Shown here: positions 23,634 through 38,109 of the stretch, piece by piece
Numbering within the stretch: the stretch's first letter is position 1
Layout of the letters: the number at the start of each line of letters is the position of its first letter
Assembly: GCF_006345805.1 (NCBI RefSeq)
Contig: NC_043000.1
Location: 78,988,001-79,052,000 of the forward strand
From: Octopus sinensis
Taxonomy: Eukaryota
Length of the DNA stretch: 64,000 bases
Reading direction: 5' to 3'
Position numbers and translations under genes: made by a program
The notes under the pieces: model-generated
The model's input: the letters and a program-made list of their open reading frames with translations, nothing else
The model's database searches: none
Told to the model about the DNA's origin: nothing

Positions 23634-24386
23634 ATTTATAAATGAGGGTGAAATTGATATTAATTTAATAATACCATTAATTTAACACCGAGTGGCTTAA
23701 AACTACATATTACATTAGTAATGAAACAATTTGTTCGGGGTCAATCTATTTATTCGTTATATTTCACTTTCCTTCCGTTAAATGTATGTTACTTCTAGTT
23801 GGAAACATCTTTTTTCTGTGGCTATACTATCGGGGCTATTTTTAGCACTAGAGTTATCCACATATGGGTTAACTCTCTAATAATTTATGTATAAATTTGT
23901 ATTTTCTCCGTAGTTTTTTGTGCTAAGCCACTCGGTGTTAAATTAATGGTATTATTAAATTAATATCAATTTTTCACCCTCATTTATAAATTTATAAATT
24001 TAACTATGCGGCAGTAAATATTTTATTTGATGCGGCATACGTTTCCAATGGAGTCTTGGCATGCTTTTGGCGTGGAATTTGAGGCCTAACTAAAAATGCA
24101 ATTCGTTAAACCGCTCGTGTTTTTGATGCTCGGGTCGATCTAATTAATTGTATTTAAGACAAACCTCTGCTGATGATTTATAGATGTGTATGTAAGTAAA
24201 ACTACATATTACATTAGTAATGAAACAATTTGTTCAGGACCAATCTATTTATTCGTTATATTTCACTTTCCTTCCGTTAAATGTATGTTACTTCTAGTTG
24301 GGAACATCTTTTTTCTGTGGCTATACTATCGGGGCTATTTTTAGCACTAGAGTTATCCACATAGTGGTTAACTCTCTAATAATTTA
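23634..24386. mobile_element. ORF-less direct-plus-inverted repeat unit between (TA)n tracts, resembling PLE pseudo-LTR remnants
   Basis: 23634-23699 is inverted at 23924-23990, and 23699-23886 is directly repeated at 24198-24386. Confidence 0.55.
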
Positions 24387-24402
24387 TATATATACATATA
24401 TA

Positions 24403-24509
<107 letters not shown>

Positions 24510-25522
24510 ATATGTATGTATATATAGGGTAGAGAATTTGAAAATGCAGAGGTCTTTAAAGATGTTTATTGACCGGTTTCACATTTTTAAAAAAGAAAGC
24601 TTATCAAAAGGCTTCGTATAACCTTTGTGGAGTTCAAATTTAGTTAACATAAATGTATTAAAATACAGTGGTAGTGTCTTTGACAATTATAAGAAAATGT
24701 TAAGAAATAGAATATTTGACGAAGATGAGAAAATGTTAAGAGAGGCTTTCTGTTCAAACAGATTACGTAAAAGTGTTCAAAATAGGCAAAATAGTTCATA
24801 ATTGTTTATATTTCATAAGAAATCATAACATGGTCGTTAGATTGTGGTTTCGATTGCTGGACCGGGCGACGCGTTGAGTTCTTAAGCAAAACATTTCATT
24901 TCGCGTTGCATCCAGTCAACTCAGCTGACAAAAATGAGTAACGCTTCGGTGGACTGGCGTCCCGTCCAGCTGGGTAACACATACGCCATAGAAACCGGGA
25001 AGCCGGGCCCATGAGCCTGGCTAGGCTTTAAATGGGTGCATTTATTTTATTTGATGGGATAAAGCGTGTATTGCTTTGTCAAATGTTCTTTAGAAATGAT
25101 AATTATTTATATGGACTTTAGAGGAATGATCACAATATGCCCATTCCCCAGTAAAAACACACAGACACAAAGAAGAAGCACACACATATACACACGCAAT
25201 ACAATTCCAAAAATAACAACAAAAACTCACAGGTACACACATACACACATACACCAGCTCGTAGACGCACGCACCGCATAGAAAAATAACACATGTACAT
25301 AGACACTCACATGCACACACACCCGATAAATACATGAACCACACCCACATACACAGACACAATTCATACCCGGTATAGACATGCACAGTACGTACACGAA
25401 TGCACCCACACACGCACACACCACCCTGATAAACGTAACACACAAGGACACACACATATATACAATTATTATTATTATTTTCATTATTATCATCATCATC
25501 ATCATCATTATTATTATTATTA

Positions 25523-28500
25523 CTTTTTTTTCTTCTTTCAAATTTGCTATCATTTCTTGCCGAGTGTCTTCCCGACTCCTAGGGCAAAGAAACTCATAGT
25601 ATACATTGGTAGGCCATTAAACCAAACTCAGTAGTTCGTTCATTTTTTTTTTTTTTTCTAAAGTTAAATTAAAATACATGAGCAGCAACAGTTCTCACAT
25701 CGACAATGCTCTTCTCAATACGTGTGATGTACCAGTTAAGACAATCTTTTGCACTTCTTGCAGGGATGGTAAGCCAGGGATCATTCTCATATAATTTTCG
25801 GTTCCCTTCTTGATCATTCCTAGTGCTCCTACGATCACTGGTATTGTAACCGCCTTGAGATGCCACATTTTCTCAATTTCAATGAGTAGGTCTTTATATT
25901 TTGAGCTTGTCAAACTCTTTCGCTGAGATATTATGATCACAGGGGATGCTCATGTCGATCAATAAGCAAACTTTATTGTTTTGGTCTTTCACAACAATAT
26001 CTGGTTTATTGGCCTTGATGGTTCGGTCTGTATGTACTGGAAAGTCCCACAGAATGGTTACATTTTCTCCTTCAGTTACAGCCTCAGGGTGGTGATTATA
26101 CCACTTGTCGGCAGTTTTGATATTGTAATGCCGACTTATTAGCCAGTGTAGATATTGGCCAACTCTGTCATGTCTTAATTTATACTCCACTGGTGCTAAG
26201 ACTTTACATCCAGAGATTAGGTGGTCCACTGTTTCAATCATGTCGTTGCAGAATCGGCATTTTGGGTCTGCTCCATTTTTCATCACATTGGCCTGGTAGT
26301 TCCGAGTTAATAGGCTTTGATCTTGAGCAGCCAGGATGAAACCTTTGCTCTCTGCTTTTAGCCCTGAGCTCCGTAGCCACTGATGGGTTTGCTTCTGGTC
26401 AACATCAGCTTGTTTGCTGCGGGTCACATATTTGCCGTGCAGAGGTTTCTCCTCCCACCTATCAGCCAATTGCTCGTGCGCTTTTTTCATTGCCATCATT
26501 TTCACCTTCTTTGCAACAATAGTTGCCGTACTTCCCTCGAGTTGTTCAGTTTGGGTATCCTGCACGAGATCAATAGCAAATTTTTTGCTTTCCTTTATGA
26601 TAGAATGAAGCTTCTTTCGTCTCTCGTGATTTTCCACAAGCTTTAGCATCTAGTCATTCGATATTTCGAGATATTTGGCCAGTCCAATTGTGGTTGATTT
26701 GTAAGCTAGTTCAAATTGGATCAGGCCTCGACCTCCTTGGGCTCTGGGAAGGTAAAGGCGATCTACGTCTGCCTTTGGGTGGTGCATCCTATTACAACTC
26801 AGCAGCTTGCGTATTTTCCTATCTATATTCTTTACTTCACTCATATTCCAGTTCAACACATTGTAGCTATTATTAACAACTGGAACTGCTAAGGAATTTA
26901 TAGCTAACACCTTGTTACGTGCATTTAGTTCAGATTTCAGGACTGCACGAACTCTCCTGTAACATTCCTTCCTGATTTTCTCTTTCATGCTTGCATGCTG
27001 AATGCCAGAGCCTTCATTTATCCCTAAATATTTGTATGTTTGTTCTTGCTCAAGCTCTCTTATGACTGTGTCAACATCTAACACGACTGAATTTGTGGTC
27101 TTCACTTTCCCTTTCTGGAAAGTGGCCTTGGTACACTTTTCAAGTCCAAACTCCATCCCGATGTCATCGCTGAATGCTTTCACGGTGCGCAATAGGCCTT
27201 CAAGTTCATTATTGTCTTTACCATAAAGTTTTAAGTCATCCATATAAAATAGATGGCTTATTTTTTTATTGGCAATTTTATACCCATACCCTGTTCTGTT
27301 TAATTCACTTGTAAGAGGTATTAGGGCTATGCAGAATATTAAAGGTGAAAGTGAGTCACCTTGAAAAATTCCGCAGTTGATGTTTATATTTTCTGAGGTA
27401 AGTACTCCATTAGAGTGGTATAATTGGAGATTCGTATTCCACAACGACATATTGTGCTTCAGGAAGTTTGAAATCACAGGGGAAATTTTGAAGATGTCCA
27501 GCGCTCTCAAGATCCATGGATGCGGTATACTGTCGAAGGCCTTTTTATAGTCAATCCATGCGGTGCTGAGATTTCTGCGCTTGTTGTGACAGTTCTCAAG
27601 GATCATACGATTGATTAGCAGTTGATCTTTACATCCGTAAGAGCCTCGGCGGCACCCTTTTTGTTCAATGGGGAAAATATCGTTCTTCTCCATGAATGCA
27701 TATGTTTTCTCCGCCAGGATAGATGTTAGGATTTTATACGTGGTGGATAGACAGGTTATAGGCCGATATTTTTTTGGAAGGTTGGTTTCGTTATTCTTTG
27801 GGAGTAGGTAAGTAATGCCACTTGCTAACCATTCAGGTGTTTTCTTTGGGTCTCTCATAATTCCATTGAGCAGCTGAACTAGCTTACCGTGTGCGCATGG
27901 GAGCGATGCGAGCCAGAAATTCGGCACCCTATCTTTACCGGGGGATTTCCAATTATGGGCCTTCGTGAGTGCCTTTCTTAGGTCTGCTATTGTGATGTCT
28001 TCCCATGCTTGTTGTAAATTTTGGTAGGATCCTTCAGTTTGTATAATCCAGTCTGCATTTATGTTGTACGTCTTCTTGTCACTCCAAATCCTTTTCCAAA
28101 AGTTTTGAACTTCTTCCATGGGAGGGGGGTCTTTAACGGTTACTTTCTCCTTCCCTATTTCTCTGTAGAATTTTTTGGCATTGGATGTGAACAGCTTATT
28201 TTGCTTGTAAAACTTGTTTCTCTTCTCAAATCTTCGTATTCTTTGGGCTTTTGCTTGGACTTTTTGTTTCAGCGTTTCTTTTATTGATATCAGTTCTTCT
28301 CTTGGTGAGGATCCAAATTTTCTCTTCATCTTTCTTCCTGTTCTGGATCTTACATCATTTCCACATATTAGTTCATTTAATATTGATATTTCCCCTCTCA
28401 TAAATTCAATCTCTTTTTCAAGTTTACTTCTCCAGGTTTGATTTCTTCCCAGGTTTTGTTTTCTTTGTTTTTTCGGGGGCATACAGCTGGTTTCAATTGC

Positions 28501-29490
28501 CCTAGCAGAAGCGTAAATAATTTCATTTAACTCAGTAAAATCAGGTTTTAATTCTCGTATTATTTCATTTGTTACATAGTTGCCAATTTGGATTTGTTTT
28601 TTATTTTGGTTTGTATTTGAGAGTTTATGAAGCGGTTCTCTATCATTCATACTTGTATGTCTTACAACTTCAAGCGTATTCAGGATTTTCTGCCTCATTT
28701 CTGCCATAGACTCTCTGTGTTCTTCAGCAAATGCGAGATCTTCAGTTACTGTTGTTTTTTCGTTTTCCTGGCTATCTTTAACAGGTACAATAGAATTTCT
28801 TGTATCTTCAGGCCTTTGCGTACTTTGGTCAGATGGCAGTCTTTCAATTAAGCCTCGTGGCGGGCTATACTGTTCATCTGATTCTTCATTTCCTTTGTGA
28901 CTTATATTTATGTCATTTTCCGTTGCGTGCTTGATCGCGCTTATTTCACTGTCTGTGAGTCTGTTATTTCTAAGGATATCCCTCCTCACATTTGCTAATT
29001 TGTTCTCGTCCAAATAAGGCCTACTGTCTTGATTCCGTGTTCTCCATATACTGTAAGAGTTTGCGGTGTGTCTCTCTTGAGATGGCCTACCTAATGCATA
29101 GTAATAAGCGTATATTACTTCTTTATACTCTTCTCGGGTCCATTTGTTCCGCTTACATTTTTCTTTCTGTGGTGGTTGTGGTGGTGAACTTGGAGGGCTC
29201 GAGTTGGGGGATTTCCCGTTCAAGTGACCATCCATGTCCATATTCGGAGAAGAGTTTGTGCCAGTTGATGACTTTTCGATCCCAGGCTGGCTCTTCCCTG
29301 GGGGACGCGCTTCCAGATTAACCATAGGACAAGCGATTTGGTTTATTGATTTAGTTTTCCTTTTAGTTTCCAAAAACATTTTGGTGCTACGATAATGTTA
29401 TCATTTTTTAGCTTTGATTGGCTCGTGGGGAGACGGCCATCATTGCCGTTACAATTATAATCGTACTATTATAGCAGCCGTAGTCGGCTT
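25523..29490 (-). mobile_element. Near-full-length R4/Dong-clade non-LTR retrotransposon (RT, CCHC, restriction-like endonuclease), inactivated
   Basis: RT motifs YRPITCL, WIDYKKAFDS, GIFQGDSLSP, YMDDLKLY, then CRFC...HLISGC, RHD, PDIVV...LIDMSIP and IPVIVGALG. One TAG at 26650-26652 and a frameshift at ~25903. The 5' boundary is approximate. Confidence 0.93.
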
Positions 29491-29880
29491 ATTATTGTTA
29501 TTATCATCACCATTACCATCACTATCATCATTATGACCACCATTGCCATCATCATTATCATCATCACCATCACCATCACCACCATCATCATCAATGATAT
29601 TGTTTTATGTGTAGTCACAGCAGTATCTTATTATTGTTATTTTTTTTTATTATCACCATCACAGTAGTGTCTGTCTGTCTCGTTGGCTGGCTTGGTGGTT
29701 GGCTGGCTGACTGTCTTCAACACCAGAGTTCTTGCCTGTCAAATAATACTTTCTTTGTGTTGGTTGAACCCTTTGAGTGTATGTGTGTGTGTGTGTAGAT
29801 AGATAGATAGATTATCAGCACCACTATTACTATCATTATTATCATCATCACCATCATCACCATCACCATCAGTGATTTTT
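29490..29880. repeat. Degenerate (ATT/ATC/ACC)n microsatellites
   Basis: Direct reading. Confidence 0.85.
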
Positions 29881-29949
29881 TTTTTTTTTTTTTTTGGTGG
29901 GGTCCTATCGGTCAAAAAAAGTTCAGATGTTTACTACTATTAGGCTTAA

Positions 29950-30985
29950 GAAAAATTAAGGAAGGGCTGTTCTGTATTGTTTGTGAATAGAGAAGTTGTG
30001 TTCGACCAGAGAAAATCTTAGCATCATCTTTTTTTTTCCATGTGCGTTTGTGTTATTGCAATAAAAAGTGTTTGTATATTTCCTGTAAGGTAATATTGTG
30101 GAGGTTGATGTTGACTTTTCTAGAGATGTTTGTATGCCCAGTTAGAAGAACAGGTGTGTTTTTACAATAAAAAGTATATGTTTACATTTATATTTGAATA
30201 TTCAGGGAGGAAGCGAAGAAAAGTCAGATTTTCATAGAAAGTTTTAGGGTTTTGTAAGTCCACAAAAAGAAAAGCGTGATGTTTTTAGAAAGAAGAAAAA
30301 AAAAGGATGTTTACAGAGGCAATTGTGGGTATCAAAGTTTTTAAAGCTCGTCGAATGTATGATTGAAAACTGTAGATATGTAAATTTGTAAATTTTCTTA
30401 ACTTATTTTGAAGGGCTGTTCTGTATTATTTGTGAATAGAGAAGCTGTGTTCGACCAGAGAGAATCTTAGCATCATTATTTTTTCCATGTGCGTTTGTGT
30501 TATTGCAATAAAAAGTGTTTGTATATTTCGTGCTTATTTTGAAGGGTTGTTCTGTATTATTTGTGAATAGAAAAGCTGTGTTCGACCAGAGAGAATCTTA
30601 GCATCATTATTTTTTCCATGTGCGTTTGTGTTATTGCAATAAAAAGTGTCTGTATGTTTCGTGCAAGGTAATATTGTGGAGGTTGAAGTTGACCCCTCTA
30701 GAGATGTTTGTATGTTCAGTTAGAAGAACAGGTGTGTTTTTGCAATAAAGAGTATATGTTTACATTTATATTTGAATATTCTGGGAGGAAGCAAAGAAAA
30801 GTCAGATTTTCATAGAAAGTTTTAGGGTTTTGCAAGTCCACAAAAGAAAAGCGTGATGTTTTTAGAGAGAAGAAAAAAAAGGGTGCTTACAGAGGCAGTT
30901 GTGGGTATTAAAGTTTTTAAAGCCGATCGGATGTATGTTTGAGAGCTGCAGATATGTAAATTTGTAAATTTCTTAACCCACTTTG
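29950..30985. repeat. Local tandem duplication: two ~450-bp units separated by a partial ~120-bp copy
   Basis: AAGGG(C/T)TGTTCTGTATT...GTTCGACCAGAG starts at ~29951, ~30412 and ~30542. Confidence 0.8.
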
Positions 30986-31026
30986 AAGAGAATTTCAAAT
31001 ACTCACGAGGTATTGTAGATGTTCCA

Positions 31027-31058
<32 letters not shown>

Positions 31059-31411
31059 AATTACAAAACGTCAGAAAAATATCACAAATATACAAATGTA
31101 CTACTCAACTGATTCATGCTCACGTTCGTCGCATAGTTTACTTTGAGAATTTGAGAATATTAGATCCTCAGTCTAAACCGTCAGACGAGCGAGAACGTGA
31201 AACTCTGAATAGCAGGTTTTTCTGCTGTTTTTGCAGCTTTAATAATACTAAAGCATATTACTCTACCTCCGGTTTGCCAGTGCTATATTTTAAATATTAT
31301 ATTGCTATTCTCTATTAATATTTACTAATCAATATTTCATTTGCTTAATCAGACAATCAATACTTCATTTCATTTCTTTCTTACTATATATTCTATATCC
31401 TATATTAATAT

Positions 31412-32696
31412 TGTTACGGTTGGCTAAGTGCATTTCGGGTTTAATTAGTGTAGTGTTTCTGGTGACCCACATAGGAATAATGGTTCCAGTATGTCTGGTG
31501 AAAAGTGACGGGTCCTTTGTCTAGTGGGAGATTAATGAGACCTTTCTGACCTTGTGCGGTCGATTGGAGGTCATTCTGAGCACCCCTTGAAGAAGTGAAA
31601 GAGGAAGACAGATTAAGGGAATCTAAGAACAGATAGAGATAGAGTATAAGCAGTAGGGGACGGATGGAGAGGCTAAGAGACAGCAGGTGATATAGATAGA
31701 GTAAGGAATCAGATAGCAAATAGAAAGGCTAAGAGACAGCAGGCGATATAGATAGGGTATAGGGACCAGGGCAGTTAGAAAGGGTAAGAGCGATATAGAC
31801 AGAGGGAGATGAAGGGAGTGGAAGAAAGGCAGGACAAGGAAGTGTGGTTGGGGGAGTTCGCAGTTGGTCGTCAGGAAGGACGGATCTGGGTAGTTGGTAG
31901 CTGGTCGTCAAGAAGGGCAGTCGTTGAGCGGTCGTCGAGGAACACAGACGGATCTGGCGGTCGGTGAGCGGTCGTCGAGGAACACAGACGGACCTTGGAT
32001 TTAAGGAGCAAGCGTTGGAATTCTTAGGAGCAAGTGGATGCGAGAAAGCTTGGCGGCACAGAAGGGAATATGTACAGGGGAATTAGCGGTACGGAGAGAT
32101 GAGGTGCAGAATGGGACACAGGCGATTCAGTTAGGAATTAAGGTATGTGATTGTGTATTGATACGTGTCACGATGTAAAAGAAAAGAAGAGAAAGAAGAG
32201 AGAAAAAGAAGGACTCTGTCGATGTAGTCGATAAAGAACATTGTGAATTGAGTAAAGGACTTGTTGAATTGTAACGTGAATTGTTGTGATACGAACATTG
32301 TATAATGTATCGAAGTGTTCTGATTGGACTGTGACGTATCGTGAACATTATTTGATCTGGACTTGTTGTGTTGTTACTGAACACTGTTATATTGTTACAT
32401 GCATGTTGTTAAATGCTTTGATCTGTGGTATACCGTATGATGTATTGATTTGTTGTTTGCCTTAAATGCTTTGATGTTGTAACGATTGTAATTGTCGTAT
32501 AAACTGTTGTTTGAATATAAGCCAGTGTTGCCAGTTGTTGCCTTGCCTCTTTGGGTTGTATCTCGGGTTGTGCCTCTGTATCTCTGTGGTGCTGAGGTAG
32601 TTGTTGTACCTCCTCTCCTCCTCTCTGGGCTCCGTGGCGGAACTTGTGTGCCGTTCGGGGCGGGCGACGACGGGCGATCCAGTCCGTTCCGCAGCA
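31412..32696. mobile_element. Solo LTR (likely Ty3/Gypsy) with 4-bp TSD ATAT
   Basis: Begins TGTTACGG and ends CCGCAGCA (imperfect terminal inverted repeat). ATAT lies at 31408-31411 and 32697-32700. Internal 27-bp direct repeat at ~31926 and ~31966. Confidence 0.65.
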
Positions 32697-32837
32697 ATAT
32701 TAAAAGAATATAAATAAAACATAGACATAGTTGGAATTCCTTTGAGTAATCTATTCTTCTATACACAATCATACAAACCCCTTTGTATATATATGCGTGT
32801 TTGTGTGTGCGTGGGGTGGGGGTGGGGTGCGTGCGTA

Positions 32838-33185
32838 GAGGTGCAATGGCCCAGAGGTTATGACAGCGGACTCGATTCCAGTCGTTGTGAGTGTTTGTTG
32901 AGGAAAACATCCAAAACTCCACGACGTTCCGACAGGAGGCGAGTTAACGAACCCTGCTGTACTCTTTCACCACAACTTTCTCACACTCTTCCTTCCTGTT
33001 TCTGTTTTACCTGTATTTCAATGGGTCAACCTTGTTACATTCTGTGTCACGCTGAATCTCTCCGAGAACTACCTTAAGGCCACATGCGTCTGTGAAGTGC
33101 TCAGCCACTTGCATGTTAATTTCACGAGCAGGCTGTTATGTTACTCGGATCAACTGGAACCCTCGACGTCGTAACCGACGTAGTT
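32838..33185 (+). mobile_element. tRNA-derived SINE variant sharing its head with 33458-33755
   Basis: GGTGCAATGGCCCAG...CAGCGGACTC head and CCCTGCTGTACTCTTTC body are shared between the two. Confidence 0.6.
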
Positions 33186-33190
33186 CCACG

Positions 33191-33388
<198 letters not shown>

Positions 33389-33759
33389 ATATATATGTTT
33401 GTGTGTGAGTGTATGTGTGTGTGTATGTGTGTGTATATATGTGTGTGTGTGTGTGTGAGGTGCAATGTCCCAGCGGTTAGGGCAGCGGATTCACGGTCGG
33501 AGGATCGCGGTTTCGAATCCCAGACCGGGCGTTGTGTGTGTTTATTGAGCTTAAACACCTATAAGCTCCACGAGGCTCCGGCAGGGAGTGGTGGCGACCC
33601 CTGTTGTACTCTTTCGCTACAACTCACTCTCTCTTCCTGTTTCATGAGTAACTCTACCATAGACTGGCGTCCCGTCCAGCTGGGGGAACACGTTCGCCAC
33701 AGAAACCGGGAAGCCTGGCCCATCAGCCTGGCTAGGCTTGAAAAGTGCGACGTTTATTG

Positions 33760-33821
<62 letters not shown>

Positions 33822-33978
33822 AAATCAAATTGCGATAAAATAAAAATAATTATAATCGCTGGTATTACTAACATATAACTAATATATAACTAATATATAA
33901 CTAATATATATATATATATAAACAAATCAAATTGCGATAAAATAAAAATAATTATAATCGCTGGTATTACTAACACAA

Positions 33979-34014
<36 letters not shown>

Positions 34015-34396
34015 CATACATACATACATACATACATACAAAGATAGATAGATAGATAAATAGAAAGATAGATAGATAGATTGATAGAGAGAGAGAGAGA
34101 GAGAGAGAGGTAGAGAGATAGAAAGGTATAGTGTTAGTGATTTTAAGTAAATTGCATTAACCCAACCGTTGATAAATTTAACAAAATAACTACCTAGAAA
34201 GTACCAGAAATGAACAATGTAGAGCAGTATAATTTACTTACAGTTGTAGCTGTTCACACATGAAAGAGCTATTATTACTAGTAACAATTGGTACAGCATG
34301 ACGGCCAGTTTCTTTCAGCCTGCGGGAGTTTGGTGACAGTTGTTTTCCGAAACAAGGACAAGTTTGACAAACGTCTCAGAAAAACTCTTTATATAA

Positions 34397-35426
34397 TCTC
34401 TATATATATAAAACTGAGAATGTGTGTCTGTCTGTCTGTGTGTTTCCCTAAAACTTAAGAAGTGCAGAACCCATTTCATTCAAATTTTACACATGCCTTA
34501 CTTAGGGTCCGGGGAGTGAAATCGCCAAAACATTTTTTTAACTTCTTGCCTAGGTCGAGCCCATAGCAATATCATATCTTCTCCACTATTTCAGTATTAC
34601 GTGTTAAAAGTGAAACAAAAACATTTCTCTATTTTATGTCAGATACTTTCACTTTAACAATAAAAATAATAATAACAATTGAATTATATGTAGTAAGTAA
34701 TAATTAAAATCAAACTAATGTATAATATAATCGTAACATAACAAAAGTAAAAATAGCAATTGGTATAAAATTGCATCAATGACTTGAACTTGAATAAGTG
34801 GTTTCACATGAATGGGAATAAATTAAAAATAAAATTAGCGTGCAGAAATGGAATAGTCCAGATGGATAATAAAAAATTAAATTAAAGAAAAGACTGTTGT
34901 CTATAAAGTATACAATGTAGAGAAAAAAGATTTGAACACCTGGAGGAAAGCACCATCGAAAGTGTCTTGGTGCGACTATGAAAGATATCTAAGCAGAGGC
35001 GGTAAATTCGCCACAATAGAAGCAAGGTTCGAGGCAACGGAGCGTGCAAGGGAATACTCGACTCGAACTTGCAAAGTGGAAATATTTTATTTTTACCTTT
35101 ATATCTGGGACGTAGGACGTGCAGGATAAAAATTTTAAATGCCCCATCCCCCAGAAGTTAAGGTAGGCTGGATTGTCGCCACACTTCTATACAAGAGAGG
35201 GGACAAGATACAATTGATCGAAATTGCAAGAGACGGGCCTACAATTCCAGTCTGTTATATATTTTGAGTATTGTTATAACAAGCGATATCAAGATATAAC
35301 TTTGTATTTTGTATTTTATGTGTGGACGTATATATATAGATGTACATGTAATATGTACACATATATATATACACATATGTACATGCACTAGCACTATGAC
35401 CCGGCAACGACGGGACATAATGCTAG
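34397..35426 (+). mobile_element. Non-autonomous Helitron
   Basis: A|TCTCTATATATATAAA start, subterminal hairpin CCCG-gcaacga-CGGG, CTAG|T end. Confidence 0.75.
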
Positions 35427-35449
35427 TGCTTAATAAACGTGATCAATTG

Positions 35450-36750
35450 CATGAAGAAAAGAAAAACAACAAATTATTTTGCTGAATATTCAAATCAATT
35501 CAATATATAAAAATAACACATCTATCCACCACCCAAGGTAATCTATTTAAAAATGGGTGGATCTTTTCCCTTGTCATGTTTTACAAATGCATTCAATATT
35601 AAATGATGTTAAACTCACGTGTTACTTAATGTGTTCACAGACAGTTAAGCGGTTATAAATTAATTATTGAAGTATACAATATACTTATACAGTGAAAGAC
35701 AAATGACTCTCTTCCAGTTTTCATACAACTCCTGAGAACATTTTTTCAAACACTGCGGACATTAAAAACTCACGCCCAACTCGAAGAGAATAATTTAGTT
35801 TAGGTACAAATGTCTTTTCACAAGTAATTCAAAGACAACAGTTTCATTTTTAAGGAATGTTGTTTTTGTTGGACAGATTTTTAACTGAACACTTTTATAT
35901 CAACAATAATTCTGCCTAAAACCATCTTCTGAAACAGAATTCTAGGATATATTTTTTGTATTGCCATCATGATTTGTACCATATTCTCAGGTTTCAAGCT
36001 CTACACTATCCCCTGTCAGTTTGTAGGTAATCGTTTCTTTTTTTGTTTAGACTGCGTGACTGCACAGAAACAGATTCAGAAATTATTCCAATATATATGC
36101 TGCTAGTTTAGAATTCCTTCCTTTCTAACATTTCCTCAGTACCTAACATATATTCAATATACCTAACATTTCTTTAATATCCATTAGATGTCTATGCTGG
36201 AGACCAGTATCTCCGAAATTGTTAATCATTTACTTCTTTGTCTTCATTAGTGATGGTCTTTTGTATATCTTATCATCAATATAATATTGATATACTTCTA
36301 TATATTCGACATAGGTTGTTTCTGATATCTCTACATAATCACTATATACTGTTTACAATAACTATGTATTGTAAATATCTGAAGATGCAGTTAGGGTGTT
36401 AAACATTACATTATTGGCCTGTTGTAAACCTTGAGCAAGATGAAGACCATTTTGTATATTGTCTTGTGTCTTCGTCTCTCTTTTCAAATGCCATGCCTAC
36501 AAAAGTTGGCGATCATGCACATCCATGCCTTCATGTCCCACACACAACTTAGCATGTTATTCAGCATACACATTTTGATACAAGTTGGTGTGGATATCAA
36601 TTATCTTCTCTCTTTGTTTTCTCTAGATTTTTCAATCGTTCAGTTCTTCGACAGATTGCTTCAAGCTCACTTTCTTTATACACATCAATCCTTGGATCTT
36701 ACATTCATGGCTTTAGTTAAGCTTTACACAATAAGAAATCAACGGGGAAC
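35450..36750 (-). mobile_element. Highly decayed PLE-like RT and GIY-YIG remnants
   Basis: Only weak minus-strand motifs (PTFVGMAFEK-like, KIYKK..TN, SGVV...HC.KYI). Confidence 0.35.
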
Positions 36751-37021
36751 CAGAGTGTGTGGGTGAAAGATTTATGTAGTTACATTTAATGAAACACATT
36801 AGTTACATTTAATGAAAGAGCCGTCGGTGAACTCGTGCTTCAGAGAAGTCCCACCTAACCGGAAGTCAACTTCACTGCCGACCAGCTAACTAGCTAGCTC
36901 GCAGCGAAGGTCCTACTTACAGTTCGTCCGTCATAAGTCGTTGGGCAGTGCTACGCACACAGACACACACTCACACACACACACACACTCATACACACAC
37001 ACACACACACGCACGCACGCA

Positions 37022-37084
<63 letters not shown>

Positions 37085-37588
37085 AAATGTTTCGGTAACT
37101 TTGGATGGTTCCAAATCAGCGATTTCTAACAAATATTCTTCATATTCTGCTTGTAGCTTACTGACATAAGTTTGCGAATATGAAAATAGTACTTATATAT
37201 AGTGTCTTATGAGAATTAATGGAAATGTAGGTATCCCATATATCTCAACTAATTTGTTAAAAAAGGAGAAGAGAAGATTAATTTTAATTCTTTCAAATTG
37301 TAGCATATTCACTTCTCCTTTAACAAATTTGTTCAGTTCTATGGGATACATTTCCATAAATTCTCATAACACAACATATAGAAGTATTATATATATATAT
37401 ATATATAATAACAAGTTGCTTACCTCTTATATTTTCGATCAAGCGACATCGAAAAATATAAAAGCCAACCAGTATGTCCACATTTACATAGACAAGTGAA
37501 TTCGTATTTCCCTCCAGAATTCTACCACGTGAGTCACAAAATAGTACTGCCGAAAAAAAGATTCGTAGTTTTGTCTTAGGGGGGTAAA

Positions 37589-37698
37589 ATAGTTATTACA
37601 GATATAGGGTGAAATATAATTAATTTGATAAAATCAACAAATTTCACCAAGTAGTATTTCGGTATGGAAAAGGACCATATTCGGTAAAAGTTTATATG

Positions 37699-37732
<34 letters not shown>

Positions 37733-38109
37733 GGGTTTTTTTGCAACAAATTGCTTAAACCACATACCGAAAATTTTAGAAATAGCAGCCAAAAGACTAC
37801 TATTTCCTTTTACTAGAAAATAATTAACCGAAGACTGGGATTTCATTATTTTTCTTCTTTTTTGCCATATGTGAGTTACAAATATTGTTGTCTGTGGAGA
37901 CTTATTTTTGTAGTAAAAGGAAATAGTAGTCTTTTGGCTGCTATTTCTAAAATTTTCGGTATGTGGTTTAAGCAAGTTGTTGCAAAAAACCCTTATTATT
38001 ATAATTATATAAATTTTTACCGAATATGGTCCTTTTCCATACCGAAATACTACTAGGTGAAATTTGTTGATTTTATTAAATTAATTATATTTCACCCTAT
38101 ATCTGTAAT

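Noticed and set aside
26650-26652. TAG at a likely Trp position in the R4/Dong ORF, rescuable by A-to-I editing (UAG->UIG)
   Set aside because: The same copy also has a frameshift at ~25903, so editing could not restore it. A TGG->TAG mutation is simpler.
31180-31215. CAGACGA-GCG-agaa-CGT-GAAAC
   Set aside because: Core substitution and no convincing stem I or UH site.
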